From positions 1-64,000 of the forward strand of contig JAWLHB010000013.1 in NCBI GenBank assembly GCA_041690595.1: a stretch of 64,000 nt of DNA, read 5' to 3'. Position 1 is the stretch's first letter. Each line of letters begins with the position of its first letter. Source of the stretch: Lentisphaeria bacterium. Its GTDB lineage: Bacteria; Verrucomicrobiota; Lentisphaeria; JABSQK01; JAWLHB01. The translations under genes and the position numbers were made by a program. Below, piece after piece: positions 48,097-57,530 of this stretch. The notes below the pieces were generated by a model. That model was given only the letters and a program-made list of their open reading frames with translations, had not been told where the DNA came from and did not search any database.

Positions 48097-49455
48097 TTGC
48101 CAGAAAGACCGCCCAATCTGCTCATCATCGTGACCGATCAACAGTCGGCCACGATGATGAGTTGTGCCGGCAACCCCTGCCTGCACACCCCCGCCATGGA
48201 CAGCCTGGCGGCCGAAGGGGTACGCTTCTCACAGGCCTTCTGCACCAACCCGGTCTGCGTGCCCTCCCGCTTCAGTCTCTTCACCGGTCACCATGGCGGT
48301 GCCATCGGTCTGCGCAGCGATTCGTTGCCAGACGGCATCGAGGTGCCGCCCCATATCCGCGCCGGCGGCATGGGCCATCTCCTGCGCCAAGCCGGATACG
48401 AGGTGCTCTACGGCGGCAAGGAGGGTCTCCCCATGATGCGTATGGCGGATCTGGGCTTTGACAATTTCTGCCGTGATGAACGTGACGCGTTGGCGGAGGA
48501 ATGCGCGTCACGCCTGCTGGCGCGTGCCGGCGCTCAGCACCCTCCCTTCCTTATGGTGGCATCCTTCATTACGCCCCACGACATCTGCTATATGGCCATC
48601 GAGCACGCCCCAGGCAGCGATGCCGCCATCCTGCAACACGGCAAGCGCGACATGGCCGAGATGAAGGCCGCGCAAGCCCTCCCTCCTGGAATGACCCAGG
48701 AGGAGTTCTGGGGCGAGCACTGCCCGCCTCTGCCGCCCAATCACCTGCCGCAGGATGACGAACCGGAAGCCATCCAGCACCTGATCGCCAGGCGACCCTT
48801 CCGCCGTGCCGTTCGAGAAGGCTGGAGCGAGCAGGAGTGGCGGCTTCACCGCTGGACATATCACCGCCTCACCGAGCGGGTTGACGGGCAGCTCGGCATC
48901 GTCCTCGCGGCCCTGCGCGAAAGCGGCCTCGCCGACAACACCATCGTCATCTTCACCAGCGATCATGGCGATCATGACGCGGCGCACAAGCTCGAGCACA
49001 AGACGGCGATGTACGAGGAAGCCATGCGCGTTCCGCTGATCATCCGCGATCCACGCTGCGCCCTTCCCGGCACCGTCAGTGACGCTCTCGCCTGCAGCGG
49101 CACCGATCTCATGGCAACCGTCTGCGACTACGCCGGCGTGCAACTGCCGGAATCTGTCACCGGTCGCAGCCTGGCTCCACTGGCCCGCGGCGAATCACCA
49201 TCGGCATGGCGCGATCACCTGCTGGTCGAGAGCGAAATCGGCTACGGCATCCGCACCCCCGGCTATTTCTATGCCATCCACGACAGCGGCCGTCATCGCG
49301 AGCAGCTCTACGATCTCCGTCAAGATCCCGGCCAAACCCGCAACTATGCGCAGAACCCCGCATTGGCGAAGATCCTCACCCGGCATCGCCAGCTTGCCCG
49401 CGCCTACGCCCACGTGGCACCCCAGGTTCCCGCCGATTGCCACTGCCAGCCCTGA
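48097..49455 (+). CDS. Sulfatase (Cys-type)
   Basis: PNLLIIVTDQ, CVPSR, TSDHGD; TTG start. Confidence 0.92.
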   Translation: MPERPPNLLIIVTDQQSATMMSCAGNPCLHTPAMDSLAAEGVRFSQAFCTNPVCVPSRFSLFTGHHGGAIGLRSDSLPDGIEVPPHIRAGGMGHLLRQAGYEVLYGGKEGLPMMRMADLGFDNFCRDERDALAEECASRLLARAGAQHPPFLMVASFITPHDICYMAIEHAPGSDAAILQHGKRDMAEMKAAQALPPGMTQEEFWGEHCPPLPPNHLPQDDEPEAIQHLIARRPFRRAVREGWSEQEWRLHRWTYHRLTERVDGQLGIVLAALRESGLADNTIVIFTSDHGDHDAAHKLEHKTAMYEEAMRVPLIIRDPRCALPGTVSDALACSGTDLMATVCDYAGVQLPESVTGRSLAPLARGESPSAWRDHLLVESEIGYGIRTPGYFYAIHDSGRHREQLYDLRQDPGQTRNYAQNPALAKILTRHRQLARAYAHVAPQVPADCHCQP

Positions 49456-49531
49456 AGTATCCACGGCAAGCACACTTCACGCGCAAGCACCTCAACCTGG
49501 GGATAGGTACTTCCCTCAGGCAGCAGCAGAT

Positions 49532-49584
49532 CTGATCCGCCTGATCCGCCTGATCCTTTCCGGAACTATCCCCCGCCTGATCCG
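49532..49584. repeat. Short 9-bp period repeat CTGATCCGC (3 tandem copies, last partial, plus one offset copy)
   Basis: ctgatccgc ctgatccgc ctgatcc ... ccgcctgatccg between convergent genes. Confidence 0.75.
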
Positions 49585-51546
49585 TCAGTGTATCAGCCCA
49601 ATCTCCCAAGGGGCGAGTACCGGCACCTGGAGGGTGCGATATGCGCCGTCGGTGCCGATTGCAGGGACCTCCACTTCGGAGCCATCGAGCCGCAGCAGGT
49701 GATACGGCTCCTGCGACAAGGTCTGGAGTTGCACGCCAGATACGGTGTCGAGGGAAGCGTTGAGCAGGGGCATCACCAGCTTGCCTGCCGCGTCGCGGCG
49801 GCACCAGAGCGCGACCTTGTGGAAGGAGCTGACGTAGGCGGGAAGCGTGTCCCGCGAGAGCCAGCGGCATAGTGTCCTCATCTGTGTGCTCTTCGACAGG
49901 TTCTGCAGCGACGTCCAAGGGTAATAACCGAGTACGGCGACGCGGCCGCCGAGGCGGTTCTCAAAGACGCCCATCACCGACCCGTGGCTGCGCTCTTGAA
50001 AATCAATCAGCTCCGCCAACGGCCGTGACTGGTCACTGAGCGGCCGAAGAATATGAGCATCGGTGCGCCAGAACGAGGGGCGGCAATCGCGCCACCAGCC
50101 TGCATGCACGCCATTAATGGGATCGGTGGTGAAGCGCTCGATGGTGTCCCGATCGCGACAGCCAGCGGTCTCGAAGCCGGCCAGCTCCGCCAGACCGAGC
50201 TGCTCAAGATGCTGGAGGGCTGGGCCGTCGACGAGCGCGGCTTCGGAGAGGAGCTGTACCAGCTCGGACTCGGAGAAGGCTCGTACGGCGTCGCCGGCGA
50301 GCAGGTGAATACGGGCGCCGCCGCGAGCGTAGGCGGGGGGCAGGCCGATCTCCGCCAACTCGGTGAGGCACCACAGGGGATCGGCAGTGCCCTGGCCGAT
50401 GCGGGCCGCCCACGTCTCCGTCGTAATGGCGGGCCAGATGCCTTCGCAGGGGCGCCGCTCCACCAGGCCAACCAGCCGGTCGAAGAAGGGGCGAGCATCG
50501 GCAATGCGGTCAAAGTACGGCAGATATTCCGCAAAAGGATCCGGGGAAATGCCCATGAGATTGAGGGCAACGCCGGTACATCCCGCCGCCATGGCGGCAC
50601 CAGTTTCGGCCACAAACATGGTCTCGCTCTTCTGAAGCTTCTGGTAGGGGAAGTTCTCGTGCTCGTACTGAACGTCGACGGCGTCAGTGGGGATTGCCTC
50701 CGCCGTACGGCCCATCAGGTGGATCTTACGGAGCGCATCAAGCGGCTTGTCGTCCTTGTAGAAGCCGCCGCCGGGGCGCCACTTGACGGGGAGGCCAGCC
50801 TGACCGGAGAGTATCGTGTGCCAACCCGGGTAGTCCATGCCCTCATACAGCTGATTGGTGGGCATGTACCCCAGCACCAGCTTGGGGTCCACCTCGTCCA
50901 CCGCGCCGCGGATAAGGGTGAAGATCTCGTTGAAGATGCGGCGGTTATGCTCCACCCACTGTCGGCGTATCTGGCGCGAAGCGCGGATGCCTTCATTGTG
51001 AATCTCCTCCATGGCACGCTCGCGGCTCCATTTCTCCCCGGTTTCCTCGCTGAAGCGCGCCAGACAGAGGTCGCAAAAGCAGGAGAAGCCGGCAGGCGGA
51101 TGGTGCGCCATGCGGATGTCGTCATCGATCCAGATGAAATCGGGTTCGGCCTCGGCCAGAAGGCGATAGCAGTCGCGGGTGAACTGCTGGAAGCGCGGGT
51201 CGAGCGGGCAGAAACTGCCTTTCGCTTCGATTCCCTCGATCGAGGTAATCCTCTGCCAGGGCTCGTCGAGCGCGTTGTCGAGATTCTCGTCGAGATGGCC
51301 CATGGTGGCCAGGTGATTGATGCCGGCGCGGAGCCCCAATGCCCGGAATTGGGGGATGATCGCGTGCAGCTGCTTCGCCCGCTGCGCCAAGGTGTCGTAC
51401 GGCAGCACCGAGTGGGTGAAGGAGGTGAAGAACGCGACCTCTTCGATGGTCTCGCGGCGGCTCGCGAGCATCTCCAGCAAGTCGGCACGGCGGTCGTGGC
51501 TGGTCCAGAGGTGGGTACTTATGCGCAACGATACGATGCTCTGCAT
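49585..51546 (-). CDS. Hypothetical protein, possibly TIM-barrel glycoside hydrolase-like
   Basis: ~653 aa ORF with typical codon usage; FCP.DP, FIWIDDDIR, CFCDLC motifs seen in GH-like proteins. Confidence 0.55.
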   Translation of the reverse strand: MQSIVSLRISTHLWTSHDRRADLLEMLASRRETIEEVAFFTSFTHSVLPYDTLAQRAKQLHAIIPQFRALGLRAGINHLATMGHLDENLDNALDEPWQRITSIEGIEAKGSFCPLDPRFQQFTRDCYRLLAEAEPDFIWIDDDIRMAHHPPAGFSCFCDLCLARFSEETGEKWSRERAMEEIHNEGIRASRQIRRQWVEHNRRIFNEIFTLIRGAVDEVDPKLVLGYMPTNQLYEGMDYPGWHTILSGQAGLPVKWRPGGGFYKDDKPLDALRKIHLMGRTAEAIPTDAVDVQYEHENFPYQKLQKSETMFVAETGAAMAAGCTGVALNLMGISPDPFAEYLPYFDRIADARPFFDRLVGLVERRPCEGIWPAITTETWAARIGQGTADPLWCLTELAEIGLPPAYARGGARIHLLAGDAVRAFSESELVQLLSEAALVDGPALQHLEQLGLAELAGFETAGCRDRDTIERFTTDPINGVHAGWWRDCRPSFWRTDAHILRPLSDQSRPLAELIDFQERSHGSVMGVFENRLGGRVAVLGYYPWTSLQNLSKSTQMRTLCRWLSRDTLPAYVSSFHKVALWCRRDAAGKLVMPLLNASLDTVSGVQLQTLSQEPYHLLRLDGSEVEVPAIGTDGAYRTLQVPVLAPWEIGLIH

Positions 51547-51799
51547 GGGGCGACTCCTCTTGTGGTGCGGACGCATTGGAAGCCAGCGAGATCAATACTC
51601 TCATTCGGCCAAAGTGCAAGCTCGGGTCGGGCAGAGGCATTGGCCTGTGGACGGGGCACGTCTCCATTCTCTTCTCTGTTGGGAGGCAATATTCTTCGGC
51701 GCCTTCTTGCGAACAATGCTTTGTGATGTAGGTTACAGCGCATAGTGGATAGAAAGTGATCCTACGAGATAATGAGTGCAACTATTACGGAGAAGAGGC

Positions 51800-52423
51800 A
51801 TGCGAAAGCGCCAAAAGGGTGGTACGAACTGGTTCTTTATTCTCATCGTTCTAGTGGTTGGCGGGTTTGTTGGGTACAAGTGGTTCATGAATGTGACCAC
51901 CAAGATGATCAGAGAACAAACACCGAAGAACCTGGCTGCGCATCAGGCCAAGGTTGTTAAAGAACGAAAGGAGATGGCGCTTCGAAAGGGCGGTGTCCAC
52001 CACCAGGGGGTGACGGTTTATCCGGGGGTGGTAACAGTCTCGAACAAGCGGCAGAAGAATGGCACCGATACACGATCCAAGTATCTGACAATCTTGCTGA
52101 CCGTGCGGCACGATGCTATAACCGATGTCAACGCTCCTCTTGAAAAGAGGCTCATCCAGTACCGGGAATGGAGTCGCGCAGAGACCACATTGACCGATGA
52201 CCGGGGCAACAGGTACCAACGCAAAGCCGCGTCCAGCATGCTCATCAAGGAGAGTCCAAGCTCAGATCAACTGACGCCGGGGGCGTCTGTTCGAATAGAG
52301 ATGGTCTTCGACGCGCCTCGCGACAGGGATTTCCAGTGGCTGAAGCTGTCGCTGCCCGCGGCGAATGTGAGCCGTAGCGGGACGATCGAGGTGACGATTC
52401 CGGCGAGTAAGGTGACGTGGTAA
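51800..52423 (+). CDS. Hypothetical membrane-anchored protein with Ig-like/beta-sandwich C-terminus
   Basis: N-terminal TM helix, LTDDRGNRY, LTPGASVRIEMVFDAP; GAGG RBS. Confidence 0.65.
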   Translation: MRKRQKGGTNWFFILIVLVVGGFVGYKWFMNVTTKMIREQTPKNLAAHQAKVVKERKEMALRKGGVHHQGVTVYPGVVTVSNKRQKNGTDTRSKYLTILLTVRHDAITDVNAPLEKRLIQYREWSRAETTLTDDRGNRYQRKAASSMLIKESPSSDQLTPGASVRIEMVFDAPRDRDFQWLKLSLPAANVSRSGTIEVTIPASKVTW

Positions 52424-52543
52424 TTGAATTGAGATTTGGCGTTCCGGCTCTTGTGTTTCGGGGGGACGGTGGAGCGGTGTGGGAGGGGATGTAAGGTAGA
52501 GACCTAAGAAAAGTTTCGCTCGCGCGTTGTATGAGCAGAGAGC

Positions 52544-53131
52544 ATGCTCACGACCGGACGAGAACAGCAGGAGAATCCCGAGATGGAAACCGCGCCAAAC
52601 AGCACCGAGTGGGTACGGGGCGCCATGGATCGCTACGAGGGGAAACTCGTACGCTACGCCATGCGCTTCACCCGCAATCTGGAAGCCGCTCGCGACGTCG
52701 TTCAGGATACGTTCCTGAGACTATGCCGGGCGGAACGACACAAGGTTGACGATCATCTGGCAGCCTGGTTGTATACGGTCTGTCGCAATCGTTGCCTGGA
52801 AGTGCACCGCAAGGACAAACGTCTGCAGCTTACCGAAGACGAGATCCTGCATCAGCACCCGACGAATGAACCAACACCCGGTGCGGTCCTGGAAAGAGAG
52901 GAACTGACCGGCGCCGTCTGGGGCTTCGTCGGGGACTTGCCGGATAACCAGCGGGAATGCATTCGGCTCAAATTCCAGGATGGTCTCAGCTATAAGGAGA
53001 TCAGCCAGATAACGGGGCTCAGCGTCGGTAATGTCGGCTACCTGCTTCACGTCGCCGTTCAGAAACTGCGAGACGAACTCAAGGCCGAGGGTGGGATGAA
53101 GACCCTCACAGGAGCGAAACATGAAGACTAA
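52544..53131 (+). CDS. ECF-type RNA polymerase sigma-70 factor
   Basis: ARDVVQDTFLRL, AWLYTVCRN, LPDNQRECIRL..DGLSYKEISQI; start 52544 or 52583. Confidence 0.93.
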   Translation: MLTTGREQQENPEMETAPNSTEWVRGAMDRYEGKLVRYAMRFTRNLEAARDVVQDTFLRLCRAERHKVDDHLAAWLYTVCRNRCLEVHRKDKRLQLTEDEILHQHPTNEPTPGAVLEREELTGAVWGFVGDLPDNQRECIRLKFQDGLSYKEISQITGLSVGNVGYLLHVAVQKLRDELKAEGGMKTLTGAKHED

Positions 53132-55358
53132 TCACGACGATCCGCGGTTGACTGCGTACCTTTTGGGCGAATTGGATGCCGACGAGCGAGCGGAACTCGA
53201 GGCCGAGCTGGCCAAGGATCCAGAGGCTCGCCAGTATCTGGACGAGCTGCGGCAGGCGACGGAGCTTCTGGCGACCGAGCTGCCGAAGGAAGAAGCACCG
53301 CCCCTGCTTCCGAGTCAGCGGGAGAGTATCCTGACTGGACGGTTGACGCCGTATCGCCGCAACCGCGTGTTGACGATTCTGGTCCCTGCATTGGCGGCTA
53401 GCGTGGTACTGGCCGTGGGGCTGATCGTGCTGCTGGACGGTGAGCGTGGGCGACAGATTACCATGGATCCCGCGGTGCGGGAAGATACCGAAATCAGCAA
53501 GCAGGAAAGCGCCAATGCCGAGGGAGGAAAAATCGAGATAAGTGATTTCCGCGACAACAGCGCGGCTCCGGCTGAAGAGGCTGTTGGGGGGCGCCAGGCC
53601 GAAGCGAAGGAGCTGAGAGCCGACAAACGGATGTCGGAGCCGCAGCCGGCGGTGGCTGAGCCGCCACCGGTGGTAACACGACGAATGACCGCGCCGCAAG
53701 AGGCGAAGCCGGCCGCCGATAGCATCGCGCCCATGACAGCAATGGCGCCCGACGAGGAGTCGGCGCCTCAAAGATCACGGGAGATCGCTATCACCAGCTC
53801 GACAGGTGGTCAGGTGCTCGTCACTCCCGCACAGAAGGCAGAAGAGATGCCGGCCGAAAGCTTTCGCGCCGCGAGTGAGGAGTGGAATCGCGAGAGCTAT
53901 CAGCAGATCGTGGAGAACAGCTTCAAGCAGGTGACGGAGCATCCGCTCTCTACCTTCTCTATCGATGTGGATACGGCCTCCTATGCGATCGTGCGGCGTA
54001 CGCTGATGCAGCAGCATCGGCTGCCGCCGGCGGATGCGGTGCGCATTGAGGAAATGATCAACTACTTCACCTATGACTATCCGCGGCCTACCGGCGATGT
54101 TCCCTTCTCGGTCAACCTGGAAGTGGCGCAGGCACCTTGGGCGATGCAGAACCGGCTGGTTCGGATTGGCCTGCAGGGAAAGGTACTGGAGGAGCGGCCA
54201 GACAGCAATCTGGTCTTCCTGCTCGATGTATCGGGGTCGATGGGAAGCGCGAACAAGCTGCCGCTGCTGAAGGAGTCCTTGAAGCTGCTGGTGGGTCAGT
54301 TGACGCATCGCGACCGGGTGGCGATCGTGGTTTACGCGGGCGCTTCCGGCCTGGTGCTGCCCTCCACTCCGGGCAGCGACATCAATGCCATTGTCGAAGC
54401 GCTGAACCGGCTTAATGCCGGCGGCTCGACAAATGGTGGCGCGGGCATCCAGCTGGCTTACCGGACGGCGAAGGAGCACTTCATCGAAGGGGGCGTCAAC
54501 CGGGTCATTCTGGCCACGGACGGCGACTTCAATGTGGGGGTGACCAATCGCGGCGATCTGGTGCGGATGGTGGAGGAGTTCGCGAAGGGGCGGATCTTCC
54601 TGACGGTCCTGGGCTTCGGCATGAGCAACCTCAATGACCAGACGCTTGAGCAGCTGGCGGACAAGGGGAACGGGAACTATGGCTACATCGACACGCTGGC
54701 TGAAGCGCGCAAGATGATGGTCGAGCAGATTGGCGGCACGCTGGTGACGATCGCCAAGGATGTCAAGATCCAGGTTGAGTTCAACCCCGCGCAGGTGCAG
54801 GCGTACCGGCTGATCGGCTATGAGAACCGTTTGCTGGCGAAAGAGGAGTTCAATGACGATACCAAGGATGCGGGCGAGATCGGGGCCGGCCACTCGGTGA
54901 CGGCGCTGTATGAAGTGGTGCCGATGGGCGTGGAGGCGCCGCGGATAGCGGAGGTGGATGACCTGCGCTACCAGAAAGCGGCCGGCGCAGCGACGGCACT
55001 GGCTGACACGGACGGAGCGCCGGCTGATGCCGTCGAAGAGATCGTTCCGACCGAGGTGCGCCACGAGCTGCTCAACGTCAAGCTGCGTTACAAGGAGCCG
55101 GAAGGGACGACCAGCACCAAGGTGGAATTCCCGCTGATCGACAGTGAGCGTTCCTACTCAGAGGCATCCGCGGATTTCAAGTTTGCGGCATCGGTGGCTA
55201 CCTTTGGGATGCTGCTGCGGGATTCGCCCCAGGCGGGGACGGCGAGTTTCGACCTCGTTCTGGAGTTGGCCCAGGAGAGCGTCGGTGACGATCCGCATGG
55301 CTACCGCCGGGAGTTCCTCGACCTCGTGCGTCAAGCCAGGGCACTGCGCCAGCGCTGA
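53121..55358 (+). CDS. vWA-domain protein (YfbK-like) with N-terminal anti-sigma-like segment and TM helix
   Basis: LTAYLLGELD..ERAELE, TM helix, STFSIDVDTASY, MIDAS DVSGS, LATDGDFNVG, YRLIGYENR. Confidence 0.88.
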   Translation: MKTNHDDPRLTAYLLGELDADERAELEAELAKDPEARQYLDELRQATELLATELPKEEAPPLLPSQRESILTGRLTPYRRNRVLTILVPALAASVVLAVGLIVLLDGERGRQITMDPAVREDTEISKQESANAEGGKIEISDFRDNSAAPAEEAVGGRQAEAKELRADKRMSEPQPAVAEPPPVVTRRMTAPQEAKPAADSIAPMTAMAPDEESAPQRSREIAITSSTGGQVLVTPAQKAEEMPAESFRAASEEWNRESYQQIVENSFKQVTEHPLSTFSIDVDTASYAIVRRTLMQQHRLPPADAVRIEEMINYFTYDYPRPTGDVPFSVNLEVAQAPWAMQNRLVRIGLQGKVLEERPDSNLVFLLDVSGSMGSANKLPLLKESLKLLVGQLTHRDRVAIVVYAGASGLVLPSTPGSDINAIVEALNRLNAGGSTNGGAGIQLAYRTAKEHFIEGGVNRVILATDGDFNVGVTNRGDLVRMVEEFAKGRIFLTVLGFGMSNLNDQTLEQLADKGNGNYGYIDTLAEARKMMVEQIGGTLVTIAKDVKIQVEFNPAQVQAYRLIGYENRLLAKEEFNDDTKDAGEIGAGHSVTALYEVVPMGVEAPRIAEVDDLRYQKAAGAATALADTDGAPADAVEEIVPTEVRHELLNVKLRYKEPEGTTSTKVEFPLIDSERSYSEASADFKFAASVATFGMLLRDSPQAGTASFDLVLELAQESVGDDPHGYRREFLDLVRQARALRQR

Positions 55359-55379
55359 TTCTGGAGGCTGCGATACCGT

Positions 55380-55418
55380 TGCCCCCGCGGGAGTAATTCC
55401 GCGGGGGCATTATTTTCT
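55380..55418 (+). terminator. Rho-independent terminator
   Basis: TGCCCCCGCGGGA-gtaa-TTCCGCGGGGGCA stem followed by TTATTTTC, 21 bp after the stop codon. Confidence 0.75.
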
Positions 55419-55426
55419 GAATGCTG

Positions 55427-55470
55427 TTGACGGGGGGGCTGAAGATGCTTAGACTATTTGTACGGACAAA
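55427..55470 (+). promoter_or_regulatory. Putative sigma70 promoter TTGACG-N17-TAGACT with adjacent palindromic operator TTTGTACGGACAAA
   Basis: -35 at 55427-55432, -10 at 55450-55455, near-perfect palindrome at 55457-55470. Confidence 0.65.
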
Positions 55471-55494
55471 ACAGACAAACAGCGAGGCCCCAGC

Positions 55495-56679
55495 GTGAAA
55501 GCAGGTGACAAGCGACCATTGCATCGGATCATCGAGGAGCGGATCCAGGCGCGGGTGGCGGCCATGTCACCGGGGGAGAGGCTGGCGACCGAGCATGAGC
55601 TGTGCAAGGAGTTTGGCGTTTCGCGACACGTGGTGAACAAGGTGCTCTGCCGCCTGACGGAGCAAGGGTTGTTGTACCGGGTGCGGCGCCGCGGCACCTT
55701 CGTCAGCGAGCGTCAGCCGAGTTCCAAACGGGTGACGATGCTGCTTCCCGGTCCGGACGTACTCTCGTCGCGGCATGATGAACGCTTTTTCCTGCAGGAG
55801 ATCGTGCGAGGGCTGGTAGAGACGGGGCATCGCCTTGGGCTGACGGTCAGCATGCTGGTGTCGACCAGCGATCATCGACGGGAGAGTCTCGATCCGGCCC
55901 CTTTCAGCGGCCTCACGCGGAATGACAAATTGCTGGTGGCGAGCATGTGGTGGGCCCCGGTTTTCGAGGCGATCGAGGCGCGCGGCTGCGACATTATCTA
56001 TATGGGCGCACAGTCAGGGGTGGAAGGCGCACCAGACTTCCGGGACAATCGTTTCAAGCTGGCACTGGACACCATCGGCAATGTAGAGCAGTTGGTAACG
56101 CACTTCTGCCGCCAGGGACGCCGGCGCATCCTGTGTCCGCAGTTGGACAATGACTATGGTTTCACGGATCCCGTCGTGCTGGGTTATCGCCAGGGGCTGG
56201 AGCAAAACGGCTTGAAACTCCAGTCGGAGCTGATGCCGCCTTTTTCCTTCAGCTACCACATGCAGGCAATGCGCCGCGGGCAGGTGACCGTGTTTCGCGA
56301 CATGATTCGCAAGGCACGCGCGGCGGCACCATTCGATGCGATGATCGTTCCGTGCGGAGTCTTTTCGCGCATCTTTCTGCAGGCGCTGACGGCGGAGGGG
56401 CTGCACGTTCCGGACGATGTGGCGCTGGCGGCCACGAGTGAGACGCCGGAGTTGGCGAAGCTGGAGCCGTCCGTCTCCAGCATGGTGACGCACTATCACG
56501 AGTTTGGAGCCGAGGCCGCACGACTATTCGCCCGGCCGCTGTTCACGCCCGGCGAGAAGCTCTTTACGGGCGAGTTTCACCAGCGCGCCTCATCAAGTGT
56601 GCACGGTCAGCCATCGGCGGCGGTGGAAGGCCCGACCGATGTGGAAGCTCCCGCGACGCACGAGTTCATGATGTTCTGA
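55495..56679 (+). CDS. GntR-family regulator with LacI-type sugar-binding domain
   Basis: PGERLATEHELCKEFGVSR...L...GLLYRVRRRGTFV wHTH; GLHVPDDVAL C-terminal motif. Confidence 0.9.
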   Translation: MKAGDKRPLHRIIEERIQARVAAMSPGERLATEHELCKEFGVSRHVVNKVLCRLTEQGLLYRVRRRGTFVSERQPSSKRVTMLLPGPDVLSSRHDERFFLQEIVRGLVETGHRLGLTVSMLVSTSDHRRESLDPAPFSGLTRNDKLLVASMWWAPVFEAIEARGCDIIYMGAQSGVEGAPDFRDNRFKLALDTIGNVEQLVTHFCRQGRRRILCPQLDNDYGFTDPVVLGYRQGLEQNGLKLQSELMPPFSFSYHMQAMRRGQVTVFRDMIRKARAAAPFDAMIVPCGVFSRIFLQALTAEGLHVPDDVALAATSETPELAKLEPSVSSMVTHYHEFGAEAARLFARPLFTPGEKLFTGEFHQRASSSVHGQPSAAVEGPTDVEAPATHEFMMF

Positions 56680-56704
56680 ACCGCAATAGAAGGACAAACA
56701 GACC

Positions 56705-57508
56705 ATGCTGCCCATACCTGAAATCAATACCCTGCCCGCCTTGAACACGGGTCGTATCCGACGCTTCACCCTGATCGAGCTACTGGTGGTCGTGGCGATA
56801 ATTTCCATTCTGGCCAGCATGCTGCTGCCGGCGCTGAGCAAGGCGCGGGAGCGGGCGCGCCAGACAAGCTGCGCCAATAACATCAAGCAGTTGGGGCCGG
56901 CGGTGGCAATGTATCTGGGTGAGTTCGACGACTTCTTTCCGCCCACGCTCTGGGGCAGCACCGGGTGGAGTGACTGGAAGTACACTTGGATGCAGCTGGT
57001 CGGCCCGTATCTGGGGCTCGATCTGGGGCGTGGGCAGGCCGGCTGGGAGAACCTGCCGCCGTCGTGCGTGCTGCGCTGCCCCTCGATCAAGCGGCCGCGC
57101 GAGCAGGCGGTATGGGGCACCTCCTATGGCTACAACTCGACGGCTCTGGGCCAGTACAACACCTACACCAACTACGGGGTGACCCGAACCGGCGCGACGC
57201 GCCTTTCGCGAATCACGGAGACGGACAGGCAGATGCAGCATGTGGAAAGCTGGGCCAACCATGTCGCCGAGGGAGACCGGGCCATGGGCCACTGGATCGT
57301 CAATGAGCAGACGAAGCTCTGCTTCCGCCATTCGATGAAGGCGACTACACTTTATCTCGACGGGCACGTTGCGGCGGAACGTCAGGACATACTCTGGCTG
57401 CCGCACCCGCTTCGCTATCCGTGGAATATCATGCTTCAGAACAAGCCGCCGGTCCTCTATCCTGGCCGCCAGGATTGGGCCGTCGCTCATGGCTATCAAC
57501 CTTATTGA
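56705..57508 (+). CDS. Prepilin-type N-terminal cleavage/methylation protein with H-X9-DG motif (DUF1559-like)
   Basis: [53 protein letters not shown]. Confidence 0.92.
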   Translation: MLPIPEINTLPALNTGRIRRFTLIELLVVVAIISILASMLLPALSKARERARQTSCANNIKQLGPAVAMYLGEFDDFFPPTLWGSTGWSDWKYTWMQLVGPYLGLDLGRGQAGWENLPPSCVLRCPSIKRPREQAVWGTSYGYNSTALGQYNTYTNYGVTRTGATRLSRITETDRQMQHVESWANHVAEGDRAMGHWIVNEQTKLCFRHSMKATTLYLDGHVAAERQDILWLPHPLRYPWNIMLQNKPPVLYPGRQDWAVAHGYQPY

Positions 57509-57530
57509 CGAATCAACAACGGGAGAGACG

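Noticed and set aside
45016..48186. 1056-aa ORF antisense to glgP/pgl
   Set aside because: Shadow ORF; the plus-strand genes are unambiguous.
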